Counted from the first letter of the stretch, positions 9,320-18,474 are shown. The stretch: DNA of 64,000 nucleotides from Candidatus Marinacidobacterales bacterium (GCA_965237955.1 OZ250169.1:2272001-2336000); one strand, 5' to 3'. The notes: generated by a model not told the origin, from the letters alone. Numbers and translations: made by a program.

Positions 9320-11057
9320 GTAGTTCCTCCACGGGCCGCAGCCGGTACTCGCTCCACGAGCGCAGTGGTTGGACGCCCTGGCTGCGAAGGGCATTGATAC
9401 GGGTCAGCAAGGAGGCGCCGTGCAAGATGTTCAACGCAACGGTGACGACACGGCGGTGTTCCGGCTCCTCCAGGAACGATCCCTTTACCCATCCATTGAA
9501 TGCCCCCATCGAGGGCCCGCACCAGATCTGGTAGTCGATGGTCCGGGAGGGATCGCCGGCATTGGCCCAGTTCGACGACTGGCCGAGATACCAGCGGAAG
9601 ACCAAGGCCATCTTGTGTTTGGGATCCTTCGCGGCTCGCTCGAGCTGGGCCGGATCCCTCTCAGCGAAGAAGTCGCGGCATTGGCTCCACACCGCGTTCA
9701 CCGGTGCTCGGAAGTAATTTTTTTCCAGCGCCGCCATATCGGTCTCGGGAATGGACTCCAGACTTTCACACGCCCGGTAAAGTTCGTAGAGCTTCTGGGC
9801 TCGCATGGCGAAGAAGGTGCCGCGCTTGAGCACCTGTACCTTCACACCCATCTCGAACATGTCGGCCGCTGGCGCCATGGCGACGTCGGCCTGCTCGGCG
9901 GCGGCGAGCATCGTGCGCACGGTCTGAGACGTACCCGCCTCGACGCAGGACTGGTTGACCGAGCCAGTGAGTATGTAGGCGGCCCCCATGGAAAGGGCCG
10001 CAGCGGCTGAAATCGGAGTGGAGATGCCTCCGGCGGCTCCCACCCGCAGGGTCTCACTGTAACCATGACGTTCCTGCATCTGATCCCGGAGCGCCATCAG
10101 CGCAGGTATGAGGGCCAGGGCCGGCTGGTTGTCGGTGTGACCGCCGGAGTCGGCCTCGGCGGTGATGTCCTGGGCCATGGGAATGCGGGCGGCCAGACGG
10201 GCCTGCTCCTCGGTGATGTTTCCTGTGTCGACGAGAGGCTTCAACAGACGCTCCGGTGGTGGGGAAAAAAACTTCGTGGCGACTTCTATGCGAGACACCT
10301 TGGCGATGAGCCGGTTCGGCGTCACGATGCGTCCCTGGGAATCTTCGTGAATCCCGTGGACGCGGTAGCGGACCACAGGAAGAGTGAGATCCAGATAGGC
10401 CGAGGCCGAGGCCAGGTGCACGCCGCGCTGAATGTAGAGCTCGACCACGGCGGACTCCAGACCGGGCTCGTTGGGGCTGTGGATGAGGTTGAAGCCGTAC
10501 GGCCGTCCCTCCAGAGAATGAGACAGGCGGTCGATGGCGGCTTCCACCGCCTCGAGAGGCAGGCCGGCAGCGCCGAAGAAGCCAAGCATGCCGGCGCGGC
10601 CCATGGCCTCCACGATTTCGGCCGAGCCGATCCCATTGGCCATGGCACCGGCGATGTAGGGATAGCGCAAGCCATGGTCTAAGAGGAATCCCGGGTCACC
10701 AAGGTGCTCGGGAGGGCTGGCCGGGGAGTAGCCGATTATGGGAAACGCTTCACCCTCGGTGACACCAGCTCCTAGAATCGCAGTGCCGCCGGTCACTCGG
10801 GCGCACGCGCCCCGATCCGAGATCAGGATCACGGGTCGTCCGGTATCCTGCACGGCCTCCCTGATGGCGTCTGGCCGGCGGTCCACACGGGAGGCGGGGC
10901 CCGTCCACCAGCCCAAAGGAGCCATGGACTTTGCCGAGGTATCGCTATCGCTCGAGCGATCCGGCTCCGAAACGAGCGCGTGAGCGCGATGCTCGTGGAT
11001 CGGCGCGTATCGCTGGTTCTTTGAGGCCACTCCGGTTCTCGCGCGTTCGCTGGTCAC
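9309..11057 (-). CDS. pfaD: PfaD/Pfa1 family FMN-dependent enoyl reductase
   Basis: Motifs YIAGAMANGI, AEADSGGHTDN, VGAAGGI, MAPAADMFEMGVKVQVLKRG, DYQIWCGPSMGAFN. Start codon uncertain. Confidence 0.93.
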   Translation of the reverse strand: MTSERARTGVASKNQRYAPIHEHRAHALVSEPDRSSDSDTSAKSMAPLGWWTGPASRVDRRPDAIREAVQDTGRPVILISDRGACARVTGGTAILGAGVTEGEAFPIIGYSPASPPEHLGDPGFLLDHGLRYPYIAGAMANGIGSAEIVEAMGRAGMLGFFGAAGLPLEAVEAAIDRLSHSLEGRPYGFNLIHSPNEPGLESAVVELYIQRGVHLASASAYLDLTLPVVRYRVHGIHEDSQGRIVTPNRLIAKVSRIEVATKFFSPPPERLLKPLVDTGNITEEQARLAARIPMAQDITAEADSGGHTDNQPALALIPALMALRDQMQERHGYSETLRVGAAGGISTPISAAAALSMGAAYILTGSVNQSCVEAGTSQTVRTMLAAAEQADVAMAPAADMFEMGVKVQVLKRGTFFAMRAQKLYELYRACESLESIPETDMAALEKNYFRAPVNAVWSQCRDFFAERDPAQLERAAKDPKHKMALVFRWYLGQSSNWANAGDPSRTIDYQIWCGPSMGAFNGWVKGSFLEEPEHRRVVTVALNILHGASLLTRINALRSQGVQPLRSWSEYRLRPVEELRVH

Positions 11058-11094
11058 ATTATTCCGTCTCGCTCGCGGCTTGACGGCCGGTTAG

Positions 11095-11475
11095 GCCACC
11101 TATGAACCCGCCGCCTCCTGGCGGCGTGACCCAGAAAGCTTCGAGCGATGCGGCGTGAAGTGCTAGTTCCGCCTCCGGGAAGACCCTGTGCGGCCTCCGC
11201 AAGGAGAACCTGCATGCATGAATAAGAAAGCCTCTCGCATGTGCGATGGGAATGCAAGTACCACGTTGTGATCATACCGAAGTCTAGGAGGAAGGTGTTG
11301 TTTGAAAACCTACGCTGACGCGTGGGCGAATCCTTCGTGAGCTATGCGAGGTAAAACTGATCGAAGGCAACGCTCAGGCGGACCACATCCACATGTGTTT
11401 GAGTATCCCGCGTAAGTACAGCATATCTCACACGACCGGATTCCCGAAAGGGAAAGTGCGGTTCGCCGTTCGGTG
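11095..11475 (+). mobile_element. IS200/IS605-family tnpA remnant with left-end hairpin
   Basis: From ATG 11214: MHE*ESLSHVRWECKYHVVIIPKSRRKVLF..., then after a frameshift ILRELCE..LIEGNAQADHIHMCLSIPRKYSISH..KGK (HUH motif DHIH). Internal stops and truncation. Hairpin CGCCGCC-TCCT-GGCGGCG at 11109-11126. Confidence 0.85.
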
Positions 11476-11567
11476 AGAAGTCGCACACCGTCGCCCCGCG
11501 ACTTTTTCTTTTTCAGGAGGATCCGGGTGTCTCGAGATCCTTCGCCTTTGCGATCGTCGCTTGTCTC

Positions 11568-11700
11568 CTAGTCCCCTGTATCAGAACAAACTAGATAAAG
11601 CAGAGCTTGCCGAAACCCTTCTAAGTGCATGAATCTTATGAATCTTATGGGCTGGCGAAAAGCCTAACTTTGTATAGTAATCAAAGATCCAGGGGGCTAG
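11568..11700. mobile_element. 133-bp MITE related to the IS630 element at 21260-22448
   Basis: Bounded by CTAG at both ends. Left 31 nt match the IS630 left end at 25/31; right 34 nt match the IS630 right end at 29/34. No coding capacity. Confidence 0.85.
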
Positions 11701-11762
11701 CGAAAACGACAGCAATCGCTTGCTCGGTCGAGAAAGCGAGGCCCACAAGTCACTGAAAAGAA

Positions 11763-11839
11763 TGGCGCGCCCTAGGCGATTCGAACACCTGACCTACAGA
11801 TTCGTAGTCTGTCGCTCTATCCAGCTGAGCTAAGGGCGC
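11763..11839 (-). tRNA. tRNA-Arg(ACG)
   Basis: GCGCCCTTAGCTCAGCTGGATAGAGCGACAGACT-ACG-AATCTGTAGGTCAGGTGTTCGAATCGCCTAGGGCGCGCCA; cloverleaf with encoded CCA. Confidence 0.97.
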
Positions 11840-11863
11840 GCACTGCGCTATGGTGAGACGGCC

Positions 11864-11892
11864 ATCGTAGCAAGGGCAGTAGACGGCGTCAA
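11864..11892 (-). promoter_or_regulatory. sigma70-type promoter for tRNA-Arg
   Basis: TTGACG-17 bp-TACGAT on the minus strand, ~25 nt upstream of the tRNA. Confidence 0.7.
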
Positions 11893-12006
11893 GGTACCTA
11901 AGTTACTCTCTTCGGGTGGCTTGCCCAAACTTTGCGAGGGTGTTGCCGCCTTCACATCGCATGTGCGCGAAGCGTGCCCAATATATTGCCGGAACGTACA
12001 AAAACT

Positions 12007-12664
12007 ATGCGCGGCATGTTCGTTTCGATCGATCTTTGGTTTCGCTGCCCTGTGGTTCGCCGTCTCGGCACACTCGAGCTCCGGCGAAGATCTGTTCTCG
12101 GGCTTCGAGAATGGATGGAGAAAGTCGTGGATGGAGCGGGCGATGGCGCGCCGCTCCAATACGTTTCGATTGGAAAGCGAGAAAGAGAATCGTTTTCTTC
12201 GGATCGACAGCCAGAACTCAGCCTCGGCGCTCTGGCGTCAAGTCGATCTCGATGTGACACAGGATACCGTCGTCTCGTGGCGATGGAGAGTCTCGAACAG
12301 TCTCGGTCACATCAAAGACGAAAGGCGGCTGGGGAGCGACGACTATGCTGCGAGAGTCGTGGTCATGTTCGACGGCAAGCCGTTCGGTCGCAACACGCCG
12401 TTTCTGATATACGTGTGGGCCGGGAATGAAGCCGTCGGGAACATCTACCCGAGCCCCTACACCGAGAAAGCGGTTACGATCGTTCTCCGTAGCGGAAACC
12501 TTGATAGCGGGGAATGGCTTATGGAAGAACGCGATGTGTCGGCCGACTTCGAGCGTTACTTCGGTCGTCCCGCGGAGCGCATTACTGGCGTCGCGCTCAT
12601 GGTGGACACGGACAACACCGACTCGCAAGCAACCGCCTGGTTCGACGACCTCATCGTTCACTGA
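12007..12664 (+). CDS. DUF3047 domain-containing secreted protein
   Basis: Motifs SWRWRV, DDYAARVVVMF, IYVW, EERDVSADF, MVDTDNT. The ORF track opens at 11921; a better signal peptide (MRGMFV-RSIFGFAALWFAVSAHSS) results from ATG 12007 if one T near 12023 is extra. Confidence 0.8.
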
Positions 12665-12675
12665 ATCCTATGAGT

Positions 12676-13482
12676 TCAGATATCGACTTCGGGCTTCGTC
12701 ATCCCTTCCGCGAGATAAGCGTGCGCCATGCACGGGGTGTTGAACGCGAAACCGAGCTCGCCCTTCGAATCGACGACGATGATGCCGCCGCGACCGTGGG
12801 TGCGTGATTTGAGCACCCGAATAGCTTGTTGAGCCGCCTCACTCGGCCCGATGCCGGAGGTTAAGGACTCGACGGCGCGATGTGCCATCACGACGCGTAT
12901 GATGCCTTCGCCCCAACCCGTCGACGACGCAGCGCCTCGCCGATCGTCGGCGTAGAGCCCGGAGCCAACAAGCGGCGAATCGCCGACACGGCCCGGAAGC
13001 TTGAGGAGTGCTCCGCCCGTCGACGTCGCGGCGGCGACATGCCCGTCGCCATCACAAGCGAGCGCTCCGACGGTGTCGGCGGGAGAGGCGAGCCCACCCA
13101 GCCCATCCATTTCGTCGAGAGCTCCCGGCTTCTTGAAGCGTTTCGCTTTCTCGAAGCGCTTACGCTCACGGTCTTCGATGAGAGACTCCGGTGCACACGT
13201 CGCGATACCGGACTCGCGCGCCAGCTCGAGAGCACCGTCCCCCACCACCATGAGATGACGCGAGCTCTCCATGACCGCGCGCGCGAGCGCTACCGCATGG
13301 AGCACACCCGAAACACACGCGACCGAGCCCGCTTCCAAGTCTTCGCCGTTCATAATCGCGGCATCGAACTGCACTTCGCCGCGTGCGTTCAAAACCGCCC
13401 CTCGGCCCGCGTTGAACGTCGGATCCGCCTCCATGTGCTCGACCGCTCTTTGCACGGCGTCGACCGCCGAGCCGCAACTAAG
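12676..13482 (-). pseudogene. iaaA: Isoaspartyl peptidase/L-asparaginase (Ntn hydrolase), C-terminal part, interrupted by IS110
   Basis: SAVDAV..FNAGRGAVLN..DAAIM, autoproteolytic D|TVGA, ATSTGG, GRVGDSP, STGWGE. Confidence 0.88.
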
Positions 13483-13560
13483 CATCGTACGCGCAGGGCT
13501 CGCGATCTGTCTGGGTAGAAACTCCAGTGCTGCACGGAGCGTCCGTTTCATACAATAGCG

Positions 13561-13718
13561 GGAGCATCCGGGAACCGAGGCCGACTCAACACTGGTGCGA
13601 TCCAGCCCGTAACTAAGCATGGCCCGGGGATGTTTCGGCACTGTCAGTGGTGACACGCGTGAGCGTGATCCCGTTTAGGAGAATGTAACGAATGCCCATC
13701 CCTGTTCCCGGATGCTTC
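13561..13718 (+). ncRNA. IS110-associated guide (bridge-like) RNA
   Basis: TACAAT -10 box at 13551-13556. Closing stem GGAGCATCCGGGAAC / GTTCCCGGATGCTTC; GNRA hairpin CACGC-GTGA-GCGTG. Loops contain AACTAAGCAT (= left junction) and TTAGGAGAATG (= right junction). Confidence 0.8.
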
Positions 13719-13740
13719 ACGAAGTATGAAGGAGCATCTG

Positions 13741-15129
13741 ATGAAGCACAATCGTCGTCAACCCAAGAAGCGGACTTCTCCATCCCTGCTGAAGCAAATC
13801 AACGTGAATGTCGCTGGGATCGATTGCGGCTCGGCCGAGCATTTCGTCGCAGTTCCACCGGAGCGCGATCCTAAACCGATCCGTTCCTTCAGGAGTTTCA
13901 CGGCCGATCTTCATCGGCTCGCCGACTGGCTCGCGACTTGCGGCGTGACGAGCGTCGCGATGGAGTCGACCGGCGTCTACTGGATCGCCCTGTATGAAAT
14001 CCTCGAAGCCCGTGGCTTCCAGGTCCTCTTGGTCAACGCGCGCCACGTCAAAAACGTCCCGGGGCGCAAGAGCGATGTCAGCGATTGCGAATGGCTCCGG
14101 GAGTTGCACAGCGTGGGGTTGCTCCGCGGAAGCTTTCGACCCGAAGCAGCCATCACCGCCCTTCGTGGCTACCTCCGCCACCGAGAGACTCTCGTTCAGA
14201 GTGCGGTAACCCATATCCAGCGCATGCAGAAGGCTCTCGTGCAAATGAATCTTCAACTCCACCTTGTGGTCACTGATATCACGGGTGTCACTGGCATGCG
14301 GATTCTACGAGACATCGTTGCCGGACAAACCGACCCCCATCGGCTCGCTAAGCACCGTGACCACCGTTGTCAGTCCTCCGAGGCCGAGATCGCCGCTGCA
14401 CTCACCGGCAACTATCGCCCCGAGCACCTCTTCGCTCTCAAGCAGAACCTCGAACTCTTTGATGCTTTTCAGCTCCAGATCCAAACCTGTGACGTGGCCA
14501 TCGAATCGCACCTGCAGCTTCTAGCTCAACGCTCAACCCCGAACACCTCCTTGCCACCGCCTCGAAAATCGCGCAAGCCCCGAGTGAACGAACCTCGGTT
14601 CGAGCTCCGGCCTCTCCTCCACCAGATCGCCGGGGTCGACCTCTCCCAGATCGACGCCATCGGACCCTATTCCGCGCTTCGCTTGCTCGCCGAGATCGGT
14701 ACCGATATGAACCGATGGCCTACTGAAAAGCACTTCACTTCCTGGCTTACCCTCGCGCCCAATAACAAAATCTCCGGCGGGCGACTCCTCAGCTCGAAAA
14801 CACAACCCTCTGCAAACCGGGCCGCTGGCATTCTCCGCATGGCCGCACTCAGCCTCGGGCGTACACAGACCGCTCTCGGCGCCTACTATCGACGTCTCGC
14901 CTATCGCGTCGGTAAATCCAAAGCCATCACCGCCACCGCTCGAAAGCTCGCCATTCTCGTCTACCGCACTCTCAAGGATGGGCTCGTCTATCAAGACCCC
15001 GGGGCCGCCGCCTACAACGCTCAAGATCGCTCCCGTGCCGTGCGCCGCCTGACCCAACGCGCCGCTGACCTCGGTTTCGCTCTCATCGACACTCAAACGG
15101 GCGACGTCGTTCAGGCGGTAGTTTCTTAG
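13741..15129 (+). CDS. IS110-family transposase/recombinase (DEDD RuvC-like + Tnp20 domain)
   Basis: AGID, AMESTGVYW, GRKSDVSD (DEDD) and C-terminal KISGG serine motif; AAGGAG RBS before ATG 13741. Confidence 0.95.
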   Translation: MKHNRRQPKKRTSPSLLKQINVNVAGIDCGSAEHFVAVPPERDPKPIRSFRSFTADLHRLADWLATCGVTSVAMESTGVYWIALYEILEARGFQVLLVNARHVKNVPGRKSDVSDCEWLRELHSVGLLRGSFRPEAAITALRGYLRHRETLVQSAVTHIQRMQKALVQMNLQLHLVVTDITGVTGMRILRDIVAGQTDPHRLAKHRDHRCQSSEAEIAAALTGNYRPEHLFALKQNLELFDAFQLQIQTCDVAIESHLQLLAQRSTPNTSLPPPRKSRKPRVNEPRFELRPLLHQIAGVDLSQIDAIGPYSALRLLAEIGTDMNRWPTEKHFTSWLTLAPNNKISGGRLLSSKTQPSANRAAGILRMAALSLGRTQTALGAYYRRLAYRVGKSKAITATARKLAILVYRTLKDGLVYQDPGAAAYNAQDRSRAVRRLTQRAADLGFALIDTQTGDVVQAVVS

Positions 15130-15270
15130 GAGAATGGTCTCGAACCCGATCATCGACGCCCGGTGGACTCCTTTGAGGTGGTCTTCAAGCTCACCTTCGG
15201 GTGTCGCCCACGCCCCGCCGTGGACGAGGATTGCGGGGCGAGCCTGGCGTGTCGCGGGCTTGTCCATCAT
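15130..15270 (-). pseudogene. iaaA: Isoaspartyl peptidase/L-asparaginase, N-terminal 47 codons
   Basis: MMDKPATRQARPAILVHGGAW... (IHGGAG-type motif) with a GGAGG RBS; in frame with the 12676-13482 part once the IS is removed. Confidence 0.88.
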
Positions 15271-15297
15271 ATGGTTTCCTCCGCACCCGATCGCTAC

Positions 15298-15326
15298 AAA
15301 AAAGGCGCCTCGGAGAGGGAGGCGCC
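15298..15326 (-). terminator. Intrinsic terminator after tRNA-Glu
   Basis: GGCGCCTC-7 nt-GAGGCGCC followed by TTTTTT on the minus strand. Confidence 0.75.
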
Positions 15327-15336
15327 GATAATAGCT

Positions 15337-15412
15337 TGGTAGCGCTACGGGGATTCGAACCCCGGTTTGATGGCTGAGAACCACCCGTCCTAGTCCCCTA
15401 GACGATAGCGCC
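15337..15412 (-). tRNA. tRNA-Glu(CTC)
   Basis: GGCGCTATCGTCTAGGGGACTAGGACGGGTGGTT-CTC-AGCCATCAAACCGGGGTTCGAATCCCCGTAGCGCTACCA. Confidence 0.96.
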
Positions 15413-15441
15413 ATCCAGGTGACTGCCAAGCAGTCTCAAAA

Positions 15442-15471
15442 AAATTAGCACACGCGGGAGACAGCTGTCAA
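15442..15471 (-). promoter_or_regulatory. sigma70-type promoter for tRNA-Glu
   Basis: TTGACA-18 bp-TAATTT with extended TG on the minus strand. Confidence 0.65.
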
Positions 15472-15614
15472 TTTTTAGGCTTGGGAGGCCACCCTCCAGG
15501 GTAGAAAAACCTGTTTCCCATGGTAAGATAAAAGAAACATCCAACAAATCCACGAGAGTTTATGACGGAGGGGGGAATCCCTCTGAACAAGCCACGCCAA
15601 GCCAAGCTGGCTCG

Positions 15615-18474
15615 ATGCTAAAAAGTCTTCGCAAACGTTTCGGAAATCTCATCGCAGGGAAGACCTCTGTCCTCGAGGAGGAGCAGCCCGATCCCGAGAT
15701 TCCGGATGAAGAGGCAGCACCCGAGGAGACCGACATCGAAGCGGTCCTCCTCGCCCGGCGCGAATCGCAAAAACGCGAATCGCGCCTCATCCTCACCGAG
15801 CGGATCCACAACCGAGCCCAGGTTCTACTGAACGAAGTCCGGACCGATCTGCTCCAAGAAATCCACCGGCGGCTCGAAGAAGAGATCCCGACGCAATCGC
15901 TCAAAAACCTTCTCGAAATCACGCTCGACACCGGCTTCACCGCTCGGCTCGACGCAGCCATCGACAAGATGACCACCCGCGTGCTCGACAAGCTCAAGGG
16001 AGAGTTCGCCTCGTGACAACGAGGCGGCGCCGCTGTTTCCTCAACGGGAAGGTTTCGCCAAAGAGCTGGCCTCCTATCGAGACGAGGTCCTCCGCAAACA
16101 CCTGCTCGTGCAAGTGGAGGTGCTCGCGCTCCCGACGTCCGCGCAAGCGATTCCACTCGACAGGGCCAGCGGTGAGGAGCTCACCGAACGCCTCGGGGAG
16201 TATTGGGCGAGCTGTCGCGAAGCGCTCGACAAGTTCTTTCGTTCCGTCGAAATGGCCCTTCTCGATGGCGCCCGCGAAGGGATTCGCCTCGATACGGAAT
16301 TGATCCGAGATCGCCTCGTCGCCGCCCAATACCGAAACGGCTACCGGCTGCTCGACGAGCGTTTCCGGAAAGTGTACGGTGAAATCGCGCGGCTCCAAAT
16401 GAGCACCGAGCCCGAAGCAGAACCACAAAGTCGGGCGGAGTTGGACCGGAAGGTCGTCGATGAAATCATCGTGCCGCTAGCTTACTTTATTCGCGAGCGT
16501 GCCGAACCCGAGCCCCGCGACGCGCTCTCGAGTCGGGCGGAGCTTTTTCGAGAAATCGTCGACAAGCTCGTCGCTACTCCCGAGCCGTTGAACCACACCG
16601 CCGAAGCAATCAAGCCGCTGCTCAGGAAGAGTGTCGAGCAAGCACGCCCCCTCGTTCTCAAGGATCACTCCTACTTACACACCATCGTCGAGAGCTTGAA
16701 ACCTGCAGCCATCCATCGGACTACGGCGCTCTTGAAAGTCTTCGAGACACTCGTGCAATCCGATCTCGACGAGAAATCGCTCGCCACAATCGAGCAAGTC
16801 ATTCGCCTGAACCGGGCTCAGTAGCGGCTGCTACAACAACTCGACAGCAACTACCCGGAGCTCGTCCCGCGCCTGAGCCCGCTCGACCGGGTCGATGATA
16901 AAGACGCCGCGATTCTCACCGAGACCATCGAGCAAGCCGCGCCCCCTACGCGCTGGTGCACGACCTATTCTTGAAGCTCGGCTATTTGGATTGGCCCGCT
17001 ACCCTGCCGGTTGACTCGCGCGAGCTCCTCCGTCTTCTAGCGGTGCTCGTGCTCACGCCGCATGAGCTCACCGCGTGGTTCTCGCTTTACCAAGGTGGCG
17101 AGGTATCGCGTGGCGACCGTGCGCAACTAGCGCGCGAGCTCGTCGACAGGCTCGGTCCCGGCTCCATTGGCCCCGACGAACGTCAGACGCGTCTCGAGGC
17201 GGTTCCGCTTCCCGTCGACGTGAACAAGGCGCTGATGTCGATGGGGTACCGACCGGACGACAAAGAACGTCTTTCGTCGTTCAAGGAGGAGGTGCAAAAC
17301 GCCATTACCGACGGCGATGCCGCCGAGCTCGCGAAATTCGATCCGCGGAATTCGACAACTCAAGACCGCGGTCGAGAACGAACGCGTGGAGCTTGGCGCC
17401 ACCGGAACCGACGGGGATCCCTACCGCGTCGAGATCTGGTTGACGAGCGAGGGCACGATGGTCGGGCTCGTCCTCTGCCACACGAGTGGTTTCGGGATGG
17501 CGCCGGTGGAAGTCGTGCGCCGCGACCCGAACGGGGGCAATCGCAAAGAGACAGAAGAGACGCTACGACGGCAACTGCAGAACCAGGCGCTCATCTATCA
17601 GAGCTTCCACAAGCTGTTCTCGCGAGATGTCCTTCTCGAAAAAAGCAAACGCCGCTCGCTCCCTTCGTTCGTCAAGAAACTCTATGAACCAACCGAAGCG
17701 AGCCGTCACCTTCTGCTGTCGCGGCTCCGCTATGCCAGAGAGCTGCTCGCACTTCTCACGTCGTTCGCGACGCTCATCGCGGAGGCCGATGCGGAATCCG
17801 CGAGCGACACCAAGGCAGTTCTGCAGATTCTGAGTGGCCTCGACCGGAAAGTGGCCGAGCTCGCCCAAAAGACGGAAAAGAGCCGTGACTCCGCCGAGTT
17901 TGCACGCGTCTTGAAAGAGTACGATCGCGCGCTCAAATACTTGAACACCGTCGTGATCCACGCGGTCAATCCATGGCTCAAGCGGCAAACCGCCGAGCTC
18001 GCCACCGAGTTCGAGTTTCGTAAAGAAGAAGTTTTGGGGGCGGTGAGGCTGTACACGTCCCAGAGGGGAATCGACTGGGATCAAGATGTCGAACGTTTCG
18101 AGGCTCATGGTATCCGCGGCACGCTCGGTTGCCGTGCGCTTATGCACCTTTCCGACGGCTCCTCCAAAGTAGTGGTCCTCAACTACCATCGACGCCACCA
18201 GAGCTGGCAAGTGCGCTATCTCGGTCCGCGGGTCACCGACGTGGTGCGGGAGGCGCTTCGCCAGAAAGGTAGGAGTCTTCCCGACGATTACGACGAGAAG
18301 CACGAGCAGGCGACGTTCAGCCTCGACGAGCAATCGTGCCGCTTCTTTCTCATGAAGCGCGAGGTCGCCCGCATCGAAGCCACGCTCGTTCTGGATTCGG
18401 ACCAAAAAGAAAATCTTTGGAACATCGTTTACTTGAAGTACAACGATGACGTCCTCACCGATAGGACGGCGTAG
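15615..18474 (+). pseudogene. Large (~950 aa) hypothetical helical protein, broken by 3 frameshifts and 1 in-frame TAG (pseudogene or assembly errors)
   Basis: Four ORF pieces join via GGGG ~15997, TAG 16822-16824, CCCCC ~16942 and AAATT ~17335, with continuous coding-like sequence across each break. No recognised family. Confidence 0.6.

Larger units (their letters stand above)
13481..15129 (+). mobile_element. IS110-family insertion sequence (AG core at both ends)
   Basis: Removing 13483-15129 restores the asparaginase frame (ATT CTC CTT AGT TGC GGC TCG = ILLSCGS). No TSD other than the 2-nt AG core (13481-13482 and 15128-15129). Confidence 0.92.

Noticed and set aside
13511-13527. AGAAACT in the IS110 left end is the reverse complement of AGTTTCT at the right end
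   Set aside because: Only 7 nt and asymmetrically placed; too weak to call a subterminal inverted repeat.
15378-15400. tRNA-Glu D-arm shares 12 nt (TCCTAGTCCCCT) with the MITE left end and its flank
   Set aside because: The tRNA sequence is structurally constrained and complete, with no second IS end nearby; probably coincidence.
14533-15429. 298-aa minus-strand ORF (and the 326-aa ORF at 12676-13656)
   Set aside because: These are chimeras of asparaginase halves with IS110 or tRNA sequence, not real genes.
16822-16824. In-frame TAG as possible pyrrolysine or readthrough
   Set aside because: The gene also has three frameshifts and there is no pyl context; mutation or sequencing error is simpler.
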